Source: an uncultured Bradyrhizobium sp.
GTDB lineage: Bacteria; Pseudomonadota; Alphaproteobacteria; Rhizobiales; Xanthobacteraceae
Assembly (NCBI GenBank): GCA_964609175.1
Contig: CAZSRR010000027.1
Location: 21,276-85,275 of the forward strand
Direction of reading: 5' to 3'
Length of the DNA: 64,000 nucleotides
The translations under genes were made by a program, and so were the position numbers. The notes under the pieces were generated by a model. That model was not told the origin of the DNA, did no database searches, and saw only the letters and a program-made list of their open reading frames with translations. The first letter of the stretch is position 1; each line of letters begins with the position of its first letter. Shown here in pieces: positions 9,086 through 18,691 of the stretch.

Positions 9086-9856
9086 GTGTTCAGCGGCGAC
9101 GGCGGATCGGCACGGTCTTTCGCGATCATCCTGATCGTACATCTCGCCGTGATCGTGCTCTGGCAGGTGCTCGTCGACGCATTCCAGGTGCCGAAGTTCA
9201 TCCTGCCCTCGCCGCTTGCGACGATCAAGACGCTGGGCTCGCCGAGCTATGCCTGGCTCTCCAACCTCGCGGTGACCGCGGTCGAAATTCTCGGCGGGTT
9301 CTGCCTCGGCGCGCTGGTCGGCGTCACGCTGGCGGTGATCTTCACCTGGTCGCCGCTGGTCAGCCTGCTGCTGCTGCCGCTGTTCGTGACGTTGAACATG
9401 ATTCCCAAGGTCGCGCTCGGGCCGCTGTTCATCGTCTGGTTCTCCTACGGCATCCTGCCGAACATCCTGATCGCGTTCTCGATCTGTTTCTTCCCGATCC
9501 TGCTGACCACCGCCCGCGGACTGAGCGAGGTGGAGCCAGACCTGCTCGACCTCGTCAAATCGCTGCGCGGCTCGCGCTGGACGCTGTTCCGCAAGATCCA
9601 ACTGCCCGGCGCGCTGCCTTATGTATTTTCCGGCATGAAGGTCGGCGCGATCCTGGCGGTGGCCGGCGCCATCGTCGGCGAATTCATCGCCTCCGAGCGC
9701 GGGCTCGGCTACCTCATGATTCAGGTGCAGTCCTCGCTCGACACGCCGGCGATGGTGATGGCGGTGGTGCTCCTGACATTGCTGGGCGTGGCGCTGTACG
9801 GGCTCGTGCTCGGCCTCGAGCGGGTGTTCGTCGTTCGCGACATCCGGCTGCAATAA
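9086..9856 (+). CDS. ABC permease (SsuC/TauC/ThiX type)
   Basis: FILPSP, IPKVALGPL, FFPILLTTARGL, QLPGALPYVFSGMK, GEFIASERGLGYL; GTG start. Confidence 0.92.
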   Translation: MFSGDGGSARSFAIILIVHLAVIVLWQVLVDAFQVPKFILPSPLATIKTLGSPSYAWLSNLAVTAVEILGGFCLGALVGVTLAVIFTWSPLVSLLLLPLFVTLNMIPKVALGPLFIVWFSYGILPNILIAFSICFFPILLTTARGLSEVEPDLLDLVKSLRGSRWTLFRKIQLPGALPYVFSGMKVGAILAVAGAIVGEFIASERGLGYLMIQVQSSLDTPAMVMAVVLLTLLGVALYGLVLGLERVFVVRDIRLQ

Positions 9857-9871
9857 GAAGACAGGAAACCC

Positions 9872-10909
9872 ATGCTGCTGACGCGCGACACCCTGCCCCA
9901 GACGATTTCGGACATCGCAGCGCTCGACGAATTGCTGTGCCGGCCAAGCCAGGCGCTGATCGACGACCTGCGCAAGGTCGAGGGCGACATCATGATTCTG
10001 GGCGTCGCGGGCAAGATGGGGCCGACGCTGGCGGGCCTCGCCAAGGCCGCCGCGCCGGAGCGTCGCGTCGTCGGCGTCGCGCGTTTCTCCGATCCCGCCG
10101 TCGAGGACTGGCTGCAGGCGCGCGGCATCGAGACCATCCATTGCGACCTGCTCGACGAAGCGGCCATCAACGCGCTGCCAAAGGCACCGAACATCGTCTT
10201 CATGGCCGGGCGCAAGTTCGGCGCCGAGGGCGATTTGTCGCTGACCTGGGCGATGAACGCGCACGTCCCTGCCTTGGTCGCACAGGCCTTTGCGGCTTCG
10301 CGCATCGTCGCGTTCTCGACCGGCTGCGTCTATCCGTTCGTGCCGGTGGACGGCAAGGGCGCGCGCGAGGACATGGCGCCCAATCCGCCCGGCGAATACG
10401 CGCAATCCTGCGTCGGACGCGAGCGCATGTTCGAGTATTTCTCGAAAAAGCATTCCACGCCCGGGCGGCTGTTCCGGCTCAATTACGCCATCGACATGCG
10501 CTACGGCGTGCTGCACGACATCGCGAGCAGGGTGTTGCAGGGAGAACCGATCGACGTCAGCCTCGGCCATGTCAATTTCATCTGGCAGGGCGACGCCTCC
10601 GCGCAGGCGCTGCGCTGCCTGGCGCATTGCAACACGCCGACCTCGCCGATCAATGTCAGCGGCCATGAAATTCTCGCCGTGCGCGACCTCGCGGCAAAGT
10701 TCGGCCAGCGTTTTGGCCGCCCGCCGGTCATCATCGGCAAGGAAGAGCCGACGGCATGGCTGACCGATACCTCGCAGGCGGCAAAGCTGTTCGGCCTGCC
10801 GATCGTCGACACCGAGCAGCTGATCAGCTGGACGGCCGACTGGGTGTCGCGATCGATGCCGAACCTCGGCAAGCCCACCAAATACGAGGTGCGCGATGGC
10901 CGCTACTGA
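9872..10909 (+). CDS. NAD-dependent epimerase/dehydratase-like extended SDR with an atypical YxxxC motif
   Basis: LGVAGKMG Rossmann motif, MAGRKFG, FSTGCVY, GEYAQSCVGRE, RLNYA. Confidence 0.8.
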   Translation: MLLTRDTLPQTISDIAALDELLCRPSQALIDDLRKVEGDIMILGVAGKMGPTLAGLAKAAAPERRVVGVARFSDPAVEDWLQARGIETIHCDLLDEAAINALPKAPNIVFMAGRKFGAEGDLSLTWAMNAHVPALVAQAFAASRIVAFSTGCVYPFVPVDGKGAREDMAPNPPGEYAQSCVGRERMFEYFSKKHSTPGRLFRLNYAIDMRYGVLHDIASRVLQGEPIDVSLGHVNFIWQGDASAQALRCLAHCNTPTSPINVSGHEILAVRDLAAKFGQRFGRPPVIIGKEEPTAWLTDTSQAAKLFGLPIVDTEQLISWTADWVSRSMPNLGKPTKYEVRDGRY

Positions 10910-11720
10910 GCCGGTCGACATCGTCGAGCTCGACCCCGGCGACGCGCCGGCCGGCCTCGTCTTGTCCACCGAGGCGCGCTGGAACCAGAACGAAGCCGAC
11001 TGGAAGTTCTTCCTGAGCCGGGGCACCGTGTTCGGCGTCCGTGCCGGCGCCCGGCTGGTCGCAACGGCAGCGCTCTTGCCCTATTCGGCCGGCCAGGCCT
11101 GGATCAGCATGGTGCTGGTGACAGCCGACTTTCGCCGACGCGGCATCGCGACGCGGCTGGTTGATGCCTGCCTCGCCGCCGCAGCCGAACGCGGCCTCAC
11201 CACGTGGCTGGACGCGACCCCCGACGGTGCCACTGTCTACGGCCCGCTCGGCTTCGAGCCGACGCTGCAGTTGAGGCGGCTACGGCTGACGGCGCTGCAG
11301 GGCGCCGCGGCCGAGGATTCGCTCTCGAATGGCAGTCTGGACGTCCTCTCCGCACGCGACGCGCGCGCGACAGGTTTCGACCGCAGCCCGTTGCTTTCGG
11401 AATTTTCCGCGCGCCCGGGCTCGCGGATCGTATCCGAGGGCGAGGCCATCGCCCTCGTCCGCGATGGGCATACCGCGCGCCAGATCGGCCCGGTGCTGGC
11501 CGGCGACCCCGATCAGGCGCTCGCGCTGGTGAATGCCATCGTGTGCTCCGAGACCGGGCCCTGGCTGATCGACGCCGTCCATTCGCAGCAAGCATTTCTG
11601 GACGCCCTCGTCGCCTCGGGCTGGACCATCGAACGGCCGTTTCAGCGCATGCGCCTTGGCCCGCCAACCGCCGCGCCGGCGCAATTGCCGTTCGCCGTCG
11701 CCGGCCCGGAATTCGGATAG
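10896..11720 (+). CDS. GNAT N-acetyltransferase (two-domain, YitH-like)
   Basis: MVLVTADFRRRGIATRL acetyl-CoA motif A; LDATPDGATVYGPLGF; RQIGPV in the C-terminal domain. Confidence 0.85.
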   Translation: MAATEPVDIVELDPGDAPAGLVLSTEARWNQNEADWKFFLSRGTVFGVRAGARLVATAALLPYSAGQAWISMVLVTADFRRRGIATRLVDACLAAAAERGLTTWLDATPDGATVYGPLGFEPTLQLRRLRLTALQGAAAEDSLSNGSLDVLSARDARATGFDRSPLLSEFSARPGSRIVSEGEAIALVRDGHTARQIGPVLAGDPDQALALVNAIVCSETGPWLIDAVHSQQAFLDALVASGWTIERPFQRMRLGPPTAAPAQLPFAVAGPEFG

Positions 11721-11731
11721 GAAGCGCCACC

Positions 11732-12787
11732 ATGCACCACAGCGACATCAAGGCCGACATTCGCCAGCTGATCGCCGACGGCACGGTACTCCCCGCGCAC
11801 CCGCTGGCGCTCGATGCCGACCGCAAGCTCGATGCCAGGCATCAGCGGGCGCTGACGCGCTATTACCTCGATGCCGGCGCCGGCGGGCTTGCGGTGGGCG
11901 TCCACACTACGCAGTTTGCGATCCGCGACGTCGGGCTGTACCGCCCCGTGCTGGAACTCGCGGCGGAGACCGCAACTGCCTGGACCAAGCGACCGGTCGC
12001 GATGGTCGCGGGGCTCGCCGGCCCGACCGCGCAGGCCATCGCGGAAGCGCAGACGGCGCGCGGCATCGGTTACCACGCCGGCCTGCTCAGCCTTGCCGCG
12101 ATGAAGTCGGCGTCCGAGGACGAGATCATCGCGCATTGTGAAGCGGTGACGCGCGAGATCCCGCTGGTCGGCTTCTATCTGCAGCCGGCGGTCGGCGGCG
12201 TGATCCTCAGCACCGACTTCTGGCGGCGCTTCGCCTCGATCGACAATGTCATCGCGATCAAGATCGCGCCGTTCAACCGCTACCGGACGCTCGACGTGCT
12301 GCGCGGCGTGGCGGCGGCGGGCGCACTCGACCGCGTCGCGCTCTACACCGGCAATGACGACCACATCCTGCTCGACCTGATGCTGCCGTTCGACCTCCGC
12401 GACAAGGGCGTCACGACGCGCGCCTACTTCAAGGGCGGCCTCCTTGGCCACTGGTCGGTATGGACCGCCAGCGCAATCAGGCAGTTCGAGATGTGCAAGG
12501 CCGCGCGCGGCAAGGACACCCTGCCCGCCGACCTGCTGGCGCTCGATGCCCGCGTCACCGACTGCAACAGCGCCTTCTTCGACGTCGCCAACAATTTTCA
12601 TGGCTGCATCGCCGGCTGTCATGAAGTCCTGCGCCGGCAGGGCTTGATGCAGGGGCTGTGGTGCCTCGATCCCGCCGAAGGGCTGAGCCCCGGGCAAATG
12701 CAGCAAATCGACCGCGTCTGCCGCGAGCACGCCGATCTGTCAGACGACGCCTTCGTCAAGGACAATCTGCAGAAATGGCTGGCATGA
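11732..12787 (+). CDS. Dihydrodipicolinate synthase-family (class I aldolase fold) protein of unknown specificity
   Basis: GLAVGVHTTQF (GxxGE-equivalent loop), GFYLQPAVGG, VIAIKIAP Schiff-base Lys, LYTGNDD. Start MHHSD at 11732. Confidence 0.8.
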   Translation: MHHSDIKADIRQLIADGTVLPAHPLALDADRKLDARHQRALTRYYLDAGAGGLAVGVHTTQFAIRDVGLYRPVLELAAETATAWTKRPVAMVAGLAGPTAQAIAEAQTARGIGYHAGLLSLAAMKSASEDEIIAHCEAVTREIPLVGFYLQPAVGGVILSTDFWRRFASIDNVIAIKIAPFNRYRTLDVLRGVAAAGALDRVALYTGNDDHILLDLMLPFDLRDKGVTTRAYFKGGLLGHWSVWTASAIRQFEMCKAARGKDTLPADLLALDARVTDCNSAFFDVANNFHGCIAGCHEVLRRQGLMQGLWCLDPAEGLSPGQMQQIDRVCREHADLSDDAFVKDNLQKWLA

Positions 12788-13563
12788 GCGCCGTCGAGCC
12801 CTTCATCCGCCTGCAGAACGTCCGCAAGGTCTACCGCTCCAAGTGCGTGGAGTTTCTCGCCGTGTCCGACGTCACCATGGACGTCAACGAGGGCGAGCTG
12901 GTTTCGCTGGTCGGCCCCTCCGGCTGCGGCAAGACCACGGTGCTGAAGATTCTGGCCGGGCTGCACGATGCGGATGGCGGCACCATCAGGATCGGCAACG
13001 CCAAGACGCCGTTCGACCCGGCCCGCGACGTCGGCATGGTGTTCCAGCAGGCGCTGCTGCTGAAATGGCGGACCATTCTGGATAACGTATTGCTGCCGGC
13101 CGAGATCGTCGGCCTGCCGATGAAGGCGGCGCGCAGCCGCGCCCGCGACCTGCTCAATCTTGTCGGCCTCGCCGGCTACGAGGACAAATATCCGCAGCAA
13201 CTGTCCGGCGGCATGCAGCAGCGCACGGCCATCGCCCGCGCCTTCATCCACGATCCAAAGCTGATCCTGATGGACGAACCATTCGGCGCGCTCGACGCGC
13301 TGACCCGCGAACAGATGAACCTCGAAATGCTCAGGATCTGGCGCGAGAGCGGCAAGACCATCCTGTTCGTGACCCACTCGATCCAGGAAGCGGTGTTCCT
13401 CGCGTCGCATTGCGCGGTGCTCACCGCCGGCCCGGCGCGCATGGCGGAGTATTTTCCGATCGAACTGCCGTTCCCACGGACGCTGCCGATCAAGACAACG
13501 GACGCGTTCGGCGCCTATGCGCGGCGGATCTATGCGCGACTCGGGCTGAGCCCGAGTACATAG
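12784..13563 (+). CDS. ABC ATP-binding protein (SsuB/TauB type)
   Basis: GPSGCGKT, LSGGMQQR, LMDEPFGALD, FVTH; ATGA overlap with the DHDPS-like gene. Confidence 0.93.
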   Translation: MSAVEPFIRLQNVRKVYRSKCVEFLAVSDVTMDVNEGELVSLVGPSGCGKTTVLKILAGLHDADGGTIRIGNAKTPFDPARDVGMVFQQALLLKWRTILDNVLLPAEIVGLPMKAARSRARDLLNLVGLAGYEDKYPQQLSGGMQQRTAIARAFIHDPKLILMDEPFGALDALTREQMNLEMLRIWRESGKTILFVTHSIQEAVFLASHCAVLTAGPARMAEYFPIELPFPRTLPIKTTDAFGAYARRIYARLGLSPST

Positions 13564-13610
13564 CCGCGGACGTCATTGCTGCAGATGGGTCAGGCCCATG
13601 AGCTCTCCCC

Positions 13611-13724
13611 GTCATTGCGAGCGCAGCGAAGCAATCCATCTATCCGCCCGGAGATAGATGGATTGCTTCGTCGCTTCAGCGCAAAATTGCTTCGCAGTTT
13701 TGTCGCAGAACTCCTCGCGATGAC
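13611..13724. repeat. REP/BIME-like element (GTCATTGCGAG...GAAGCAATCCA...TGGATTGCTTC...CTCGCGATGAC)
   Basis: Nested inverted repeats between convergent genes. Confidence 0.8.
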
Positions 13725-13736
13725 GGGCGGAGAAAC

Positions 13737-14747
13737 CTATTTCGGGACCTTGCTGGCGTCCATCTTCACGGATGGATCGAGCAGCTTGCTGGTGAATGCG
13801 CTTTCGATCGCGAACGGCTTTTCGATGCCGAAATAGGTCTGGACCAGTTCGTAATCCTTGCGCATGCGGCCTTCGTCGATCCAGCCCAGCGCCTTGCTGG
13901 TGGTGAACTCATCGGCCATCAGGTATTTGATGCGGCCCCACTGCATCAGCTGTTCCTCGCGGTCGAGACCGGTGACCTGGTCGAGCAGCGCCTTCAGGCA
14001 GGGTTCGAAGTCCGCGACGCAGGCGGCATAGGCCTTTTGCGTGATACGGACGAAATCCTCGGCGAGCTTGGGATTCTTCTCGAAGAACGCGCCGTTGACG
14101 ATCAGCGAATTGCCGTAAGGATTGAGACCGATTTCCTTCCAGTTCAGCGAGCCGAGATCGCCGCCGAACTCCTTCAGCTTGATGTCGTGCGAATTGTAGA
14201 AGTCGCTGATGATTTCGACCGTCTTGCTCTTCAGCGCCGCCGATTTGGCCGTCGGGCCGACATTGACGAAGGTGACGGAGTCGGGCGCGAGGCCCGTCGC
14301 CTTGGCAAAGGCCGGCCACATCACGCGCGAGGCGTCACCCGGCGGATTGCCGATCTTGCGGCCGGCAAAATCCTTCGGTCCACCGACGCCCGAACTCTTC
14401 AGCCAGTAGAAGGTCTGGCCGGTATTGGCATAGATGCTCATCAGCGCCACCGCATCGGCGCCCTTGCTGCGGGCGACCAGCATGGTCGCGAGGTCTGAAA
14501 TGCCAAACGGCGCGCCGCCCGAACCGACTTTGAGCGACGACACGCCCGACCCCTTGCCGACCTCGATGCTGAGATCGATCCCGGCCTTTTCGTACCAGCC
14601 CTGCGACTTTGCGTAATAAATCGGCGAGTGATCGGCCGCCGGGGTCCAGTTAAGGATCAGGCTCACGCTTTGACCGGCCACGGCCGGCGCAACGGGCGCC
14701 GACAGCGCGAGCAAAAGTCCGGCAATCTTGAACGTTTTCAACGCCAT
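13737..14747 (-). CDS. ABC substrate-binding protein, NMT1/THI5 family (paralogue 2)
   Basis: Colinear with 7247-8251 throughout; start at ATG 14747 after AAAAGGAG. Confidence 0.9.
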   Translation of the reverse strand: MALKTFKIAGLLLALSAPVAPAVAGQSVSLILNWTPAADHSPIYYAKSQGWYEKAGIDLSIEVGKGSGVSSLKVGSGGAPFGISDLATMLVARSKGADAVALMSIYANTGQTFYWLKSSGVGGPKDFAGRKIGNPPGDASRVMWPAFAKATGLAPDSVTFVNVGPTAKSAALKSKTVEIISDFYNSHDIKLKEFGGDLGSLNWKEIGLNPYGNSLIVNGAFFEKNPKLAEDFVRITQKAYAACVADFEPCLKALLDQVTGLDREEQLMQWGRIKYLMADEFTTSKALGWIDEGRMRKDYELVQTYFGIEKPFAIESAFTSKLLDPSVKMDASKVPK

Positions 14748-14784
14748 CTCCTTTTCGCGAACAGGTTGAAGGATTCCGTCGGCG

Positions 14785-15888
14785 CTATTCATACGCCATG
14801 GGACCGGTATCGCGATAGGCCCAGCAACTCTCCTTGGGCAGCGAAACCTGGGTCACGACGCCCACCTGGTGCCGGGCGGCGGTGCCGAGTTCGACCACTT
14901 CCAGCCGCCTGCCGAACAGCTCGATGCCGTAAGCCGTCTGCGTGCCCTGATAGCGGCGATCGAGCACCCGGGCCGGAAAGATGTTGTCGCCGTTGTGCGG
15001 GCCGATGCTGATGTTTTCCGGCCGCAGCGCGACGCGCACCTTTTCATCCGGCCCGAGCGAATGCAGCAATGCCACCTCGCCGCGCCGTCCCTCGCCGAAA
15101 TCGACGGTGCCGAACTTGCCGTTGCGCGCCACCAGCGTGCCGGCGAGTTCGTTGGTGGCGCCGGTGAAGTTGGCGACGAACAGATCCGCCGGCCGGTTGT
15201 AGATCGCGTCGGGCGTATCCATCTGCAAGAGATTGCCGTCGCGCATCACGCCGATGCGGTCGCCGAGCACCACCGCTTCGGCCTGATCATGGGTGACGTA
15301 GAGCGCGGTCATCCCGGTCTGCTTGAGGATGACACGGAGATCGTCGCGCAGCCTTAAGCGCAGCTTGGCATCGAGGTTCGACAGCGGCTCATCGAGCAGC
15401 AGCAATTGCGGCCGGTAGACGATGCTGCGCGCCAGCGCCACGCGCTGCATCTGACCGCCCGACAACGCGACCACCGGCCGTTCGGCATATTCCGACAGGC
15501 CGACCAATTCGAGCGCTTCGTCGACCTTGTTGCGGGCGTCGCCGCGCGACAGTTTTCGATGCTTGAGCGGATAGACCACGTTCTGCCGCACCGTCATGTG
15601 CGGCCACACCGCATAGGACTGGAACACCATGCCGAGGTCGCGCAGACGCGGCGGGACCAGGATGCCGCGTCCGGGCGACGACACCACCCGGCCCGCAATG
15701 CTGATTTCGCCCGAGGTCGGATGCTCCAGCCCCGCGACGCAGCGCAGTGTCGTGGTCTTGCCGCAGCCGGAGGGGCCGAGCAGGACCACGATCTCGCCGG
15801 CCGGGATGTTGAAGCTGACGCCGTCGATCGCCGGCCGGCCGATCGCAAACTGCTTGCGCAGGTCGGTGACTTCGAGGGTTGCCGTCAT
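14785..15888 (-). CDS. ABC ATP-binding protein (FbpC/PotA type, with TOBE domain)
   Basis: GPSGCGKT, FQSYAVWPHMTV, LSGGQMQR, LDEPLSNLDAKLR. Confidence 0.93.
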   Translation of the reverse strand: MTATLEVTDLRKQFAIGRPAIDGVSFNIPAGEIVVLLGPSGCGKTTTLRCVAGLEHPTSGEISIAGRVVSSPGRGILVPPRLRDLGMVFQSYAVWPHMTVRQNVVYPLKHRKLSRGDARNKVDEALELVGLSEYAERPVVALSGGQMQRVALARSIVYRPQLLLLDEPLSNLDAKLRLRLRDDLRVILKQTGMTALYVTHDQAEAVVLGDRIGVMRDGNLLQMDTPDAIYNRPADLFVANFTGATNELAGTLVARNGKFGTVDFGEGRRGEVALLHSLGPDEKVRVALRPENISIGPHNGDNIFPARVLDRRYQGTQTAYGIELFGRRLEVVELGTAARHQVGVVTQVSLPKESCWAYRDTGPMAYE

Positions 15889-15916
15889 CGGTTCGACCGT
15901 GTTCCTGGTCCGGCGA

Positions 15917-16942
15917 TCACTGTGCGTAACCGTAGGTCTTGTTCCAGTCCGAGATCCAGGCCGCCTGGAGCTTTTCGTATTCGTCGAACTTGGGAAACCA
16001 GACCTTGACGACCTTGGGATCGAAACCTTCCGGATAGGCCGGCGGCACTTTCAGCGATGTGAGGTTGCCGAGTTCCTTGATCATGAAAGTCTGCCCCTCC
16101 TTCGAGAGGCACCAGTTCAGAAACAGCTTTGCCGCGTTCGGGTGCGCGGCGGTCTTCGGAATGCCGCTGGCATAGGGATTGACCGGCGCGCCTTCCGGCG
16201 GAAAGAAGATCTGGATCGGGGCGCCGTCCTTTTGCTTGGGATAAATCGCGTTATAGAGCAGCGGCCCCATGGCGATTTCGCCGCGCACCATCGAGTCCGA
16301 CATCGGCGCGCCCGACGGATAAAGCACCGGGCGGGTCGCTGCCTGCTTGGCCCAATAATCCTCGCCGAGCACCTGGCGTTCGAACATCACCCGCGTCCAG
16401 GTGGTGCCGCCCGACGGCGCGATCACCTGCCCCGTCAGCTTGTTGTATTCCGGCTTGGTGAGGTCCATCCAGTTCTTGGGCGGGTTCTTGACCAGTTCGG
16501 TGTTGTAGGCGATCGACCAGACCAGCGTGGCGCGCGGCCAGAGCTGCGGAGCGACCTGCGAGTCCGGGTTGTAGTCGGCCGCGTTCGGCGGCGCGTAATC
16601 CTGGAACATGTCCGCCATCGGCTTCATCAGCGCGCGGTCGGAGTGGTCGATCACGTCGGCGATCAGCTTGCCGGCGGCGGCCTCGGTCTTCACGCGGGTG
16701 ATCAACTGACCGCCCGGCGCGCGCACCATCTCGACCTTGATTTCGGGGAAGCGCTTGTTGAAGGCCTTGATGACCTGCTGCTCCACTTCGGCGAAGTTCG
16801 CGGTGTAGTACACCAGCTTGCCCTCGGCCTTGGCCGCGGCAATCAATTCGGGCGAGCCGAACTCCTGCGCCGTCGCGGCCCCCGTCAGCGCGAGGCCGGC
16901 GACGCCGGCAATCGCGGCAAGTTTGAAGATCCTTCCACGCAT
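15917..16942 (-). CDS. ABC extracellular solute-binding protein (FbpA/AfuA-like)
   Basis: LIAAAKAEGKLVYYT, AAHPNAAKLFLNWCLSKEGQ; signal peptide; GGAGGA RBS before ATG 16942. Confidence 0.85.
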   Translation of the reverse strand: MRGRIFKLAAIAGVAGLALTGAATAQEFGSPELIAAAKAEGKLVYYTANFAEVEQQVIKAFNKRFPEIKVEMVRAPGGQLITRVKTEAAAGKLIADVIDHSDRALMKPMADMFQDYAPPNAADYNPDSQVAPQLWPRATLVWSIAYNTELVKNPPKNWMDLTKPEYNKLTGQVIAPSGGTTWTRVMFERQVLGEDYWAKQAATRPVLYPSGAPMSDSMVRGEIAMGPLLYNAIYPKQKDGAPIQIFFPPEGAPVNPYASGIPKTAAHPNAAKLFLNWCLSKEGQTFMIKELGNLTSLKVPPAYPEGFDPKVVKVWFPKFDEYEKLQAAWISDWNKTYGYAQ

Positions 16943-16960
16943 AGCCAATCCTCCGTTTGA

Positions 16961-18691
16961 TTATCCGGTTCGGGCGACACTGCCCTGCGCCGCACCGCGC
17001 GACAGCCAATTGGCGCCGCCGATGAGAACGCCGAGCAGAACGGTTTGAACGAGGCTGAAGGCGGCGGTCTTGCCGAGATTGCCGCCTTCGTAATAGTCGA
17101 GCAGCAGCACCGACATCACCATGGTGTTGCTGGTGTAGAGGAACAGCGACGAGCCGAGTTCGCGGATCGCCAGCACGAACAGCAGCGTCATCGAAGCCAC
17201 CACGCCCGGCCGCGCCAGCGGCAGCACGATTGTCCGGATCGTGCCGAGCATGCCCCTGCCGCAGACCCAGGCGGCCTCTTCAAGCTCGCGATGAATCTGC
17301 ATGAACGAAGTCGACAGCGATTTCACCGTGTCCGGGATGAAGCGCGCGATGAAGGCCAGCGCCAGGATCCAGATCGTGCCGTAGAGGCCGGCCGGAATGC
17401 CGATCCACGCCCAGAGATAGGCGACGCCGACCACGAGGCCTGGGATCGCAACCGGCAGCGTCGAAATCACGTCGATCCAGCGCCGGCCCGTAACCTGGGT
17501 GCGGTGGATGGTGTAGCCGATCGCAAACGCCAGCGCGCCGCCGACCACGGCGGTGATCAGCCCGACCTCGACCGCGTTGTAGATCGAGCGCAGCGTCAGC
17601 GGATTGTCAAAGATGCTGTAGAAATGCATCAGCGAATATTGCCTGGCATCGAACAGGCTGGAGACGTCGCGGATGAACATGAATTTCCGAAACGCCGCGA
17701 CGATCAGCGCCAGCGACGGCAGCACGACGACGACCAGCAGATAGACAATGCCGAGGCCGAAGGTGAACCAGCGCCAGCGCCCGAGGTCGAGGCTGCGCGG
17801 ACGGAACGCCTTGCCCGCGACGGTAGTGTAGCTGCGGCCGCTCAAGACCTTGTTCTGCAGGAACACCAGCGCGCCGGTGACCAGCATCAGGATGATCGCA
17901 ACCGCGGCGGCCGTATTATAAAGTGGCGGCGACCAGTTGGTGAGCTTGAAGATGTAGGTGGTCAGCACCGCAAGGTTGGTCGGCGCGCCCAGCACCGCCG
18001 GAATGCCGTAGATGCCCAGCATGACGATGAACGAGAGCAGCATGCCCGAGACGATCGCGGGCATGATCAGCGGGAACGTCACCGTGAACAGCGTCGCGAA
18101 CGCGCTGGCGCCGGAAATCTCGGCCGCCTCTTCCAGGCTCGGGTCCATGTTGCGCAGCGCGGATGCCGTGAACATGTAGACGTAGGGCGCGTAGTAGATT
18201 CCGAATACGAACACCAGGCCCCACATCGAATAGAAATCGACGCGCCAGTCGAGCCCCACCCATTTGAACATGGTGTTGATCAGGCCTGTCTTCGGCGAAC
18301 CCAGAATGGCCCAGGCCACGCCAGCGACCAACGGCGGCGCAAACAGCGGCAGGATGCTCGCTGCCGCGATAAAACCCTTGAACGGCGTGTTGGTGCGGAC
18401 GACGATCCAGGAGAACAGCAAGCCGATGGCGACCGCGATCAGCGTGCCGCCGCCGCAGGCTATCAGCGTATTCGCCAGCGCCTCGCCGACATTCGGGTTC
18501 GCCAGCACGGTGAGGAAATTGGCGATCGAAAGACGGCTGAGCGAGATGCCCTCGACCACCGGATTGGTGTCGGTGAGCGCGCCGAGCAGCAGCATCAGGA
18601 TCGGGTAGATGACGAGAAAGCCGAGGACAACCAGCAGGAACGTGACCCACACGCCGCCCCACGCGCGCTGCCCCTCCCTGGCGCTACGCAT
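16961..18691 (-). CDS. Fused ABC permease (FbpB/AfuB type, two EAA loops)
   Basis: MDPSLEEAAEISGAS and IHRELEEAAWVCG; about 12 TM segments. Confidence 0.9.
   Translation of the reverse strand: MRSAREGQRAWGGVWVTFLLVVLGFLVIYPILMLLLGALTDTNPVVEGISLSRLSIANFLTVLANPNVGEALANTLIACGGGTLIAVAIGLLFSWIVVRTNTPFKGFIAAASILPLFAPPLVAGVAWAILGSPKTGLINTMFKWVGLDWRVDFYSMWGLVFVFGIYYAPYVYMFTASALRNMDPSLEEAAEISGASAFATLFTVTFPLIMPAIVSGMLLSFIVMLGIYGIPAVLGAPTNLAVLTTYIFKLTNWSPPLYNTAAAVAIILMLVTGALVFLQNKVLSGRSYTTVAGKAFRPRSLDLGRWRWFTFGLGIVYLLVVVVLPSLALIVAAFRKFMFIRDVSSLFDARQYSLMHFYSIFDNPLTLRSIYNAVEVGLITAVVGGALAFAIGYTIHRTQVTGRRWIDVISTLPVAIPGLVVGVAYLWAWIGIPAGLYGTIWILALAFIARFIPDTVKSLSTSFMQIHRELEEAAWVCGRGMLGTIRTIVLPLARPGVVASMTLLFVLAIRELGSSLFLYTSNTMVMSVLLLDYYEGGNLGKTAAFSLVQTVLLGVLIGGANWLSRGAAQGSVARTG

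Noticed and set aside
9017-11026. 669-aa minus-strand ORF and 531-aa alternative + frame
   Set aside because: Arg/Ala-rich, motif-free shadows of the permease and SDR genes
11732-12787. dapA assignment
   Set aside because: It lacks the GTTGE motif, is longer than DapA and lies in a catabolic transport operon
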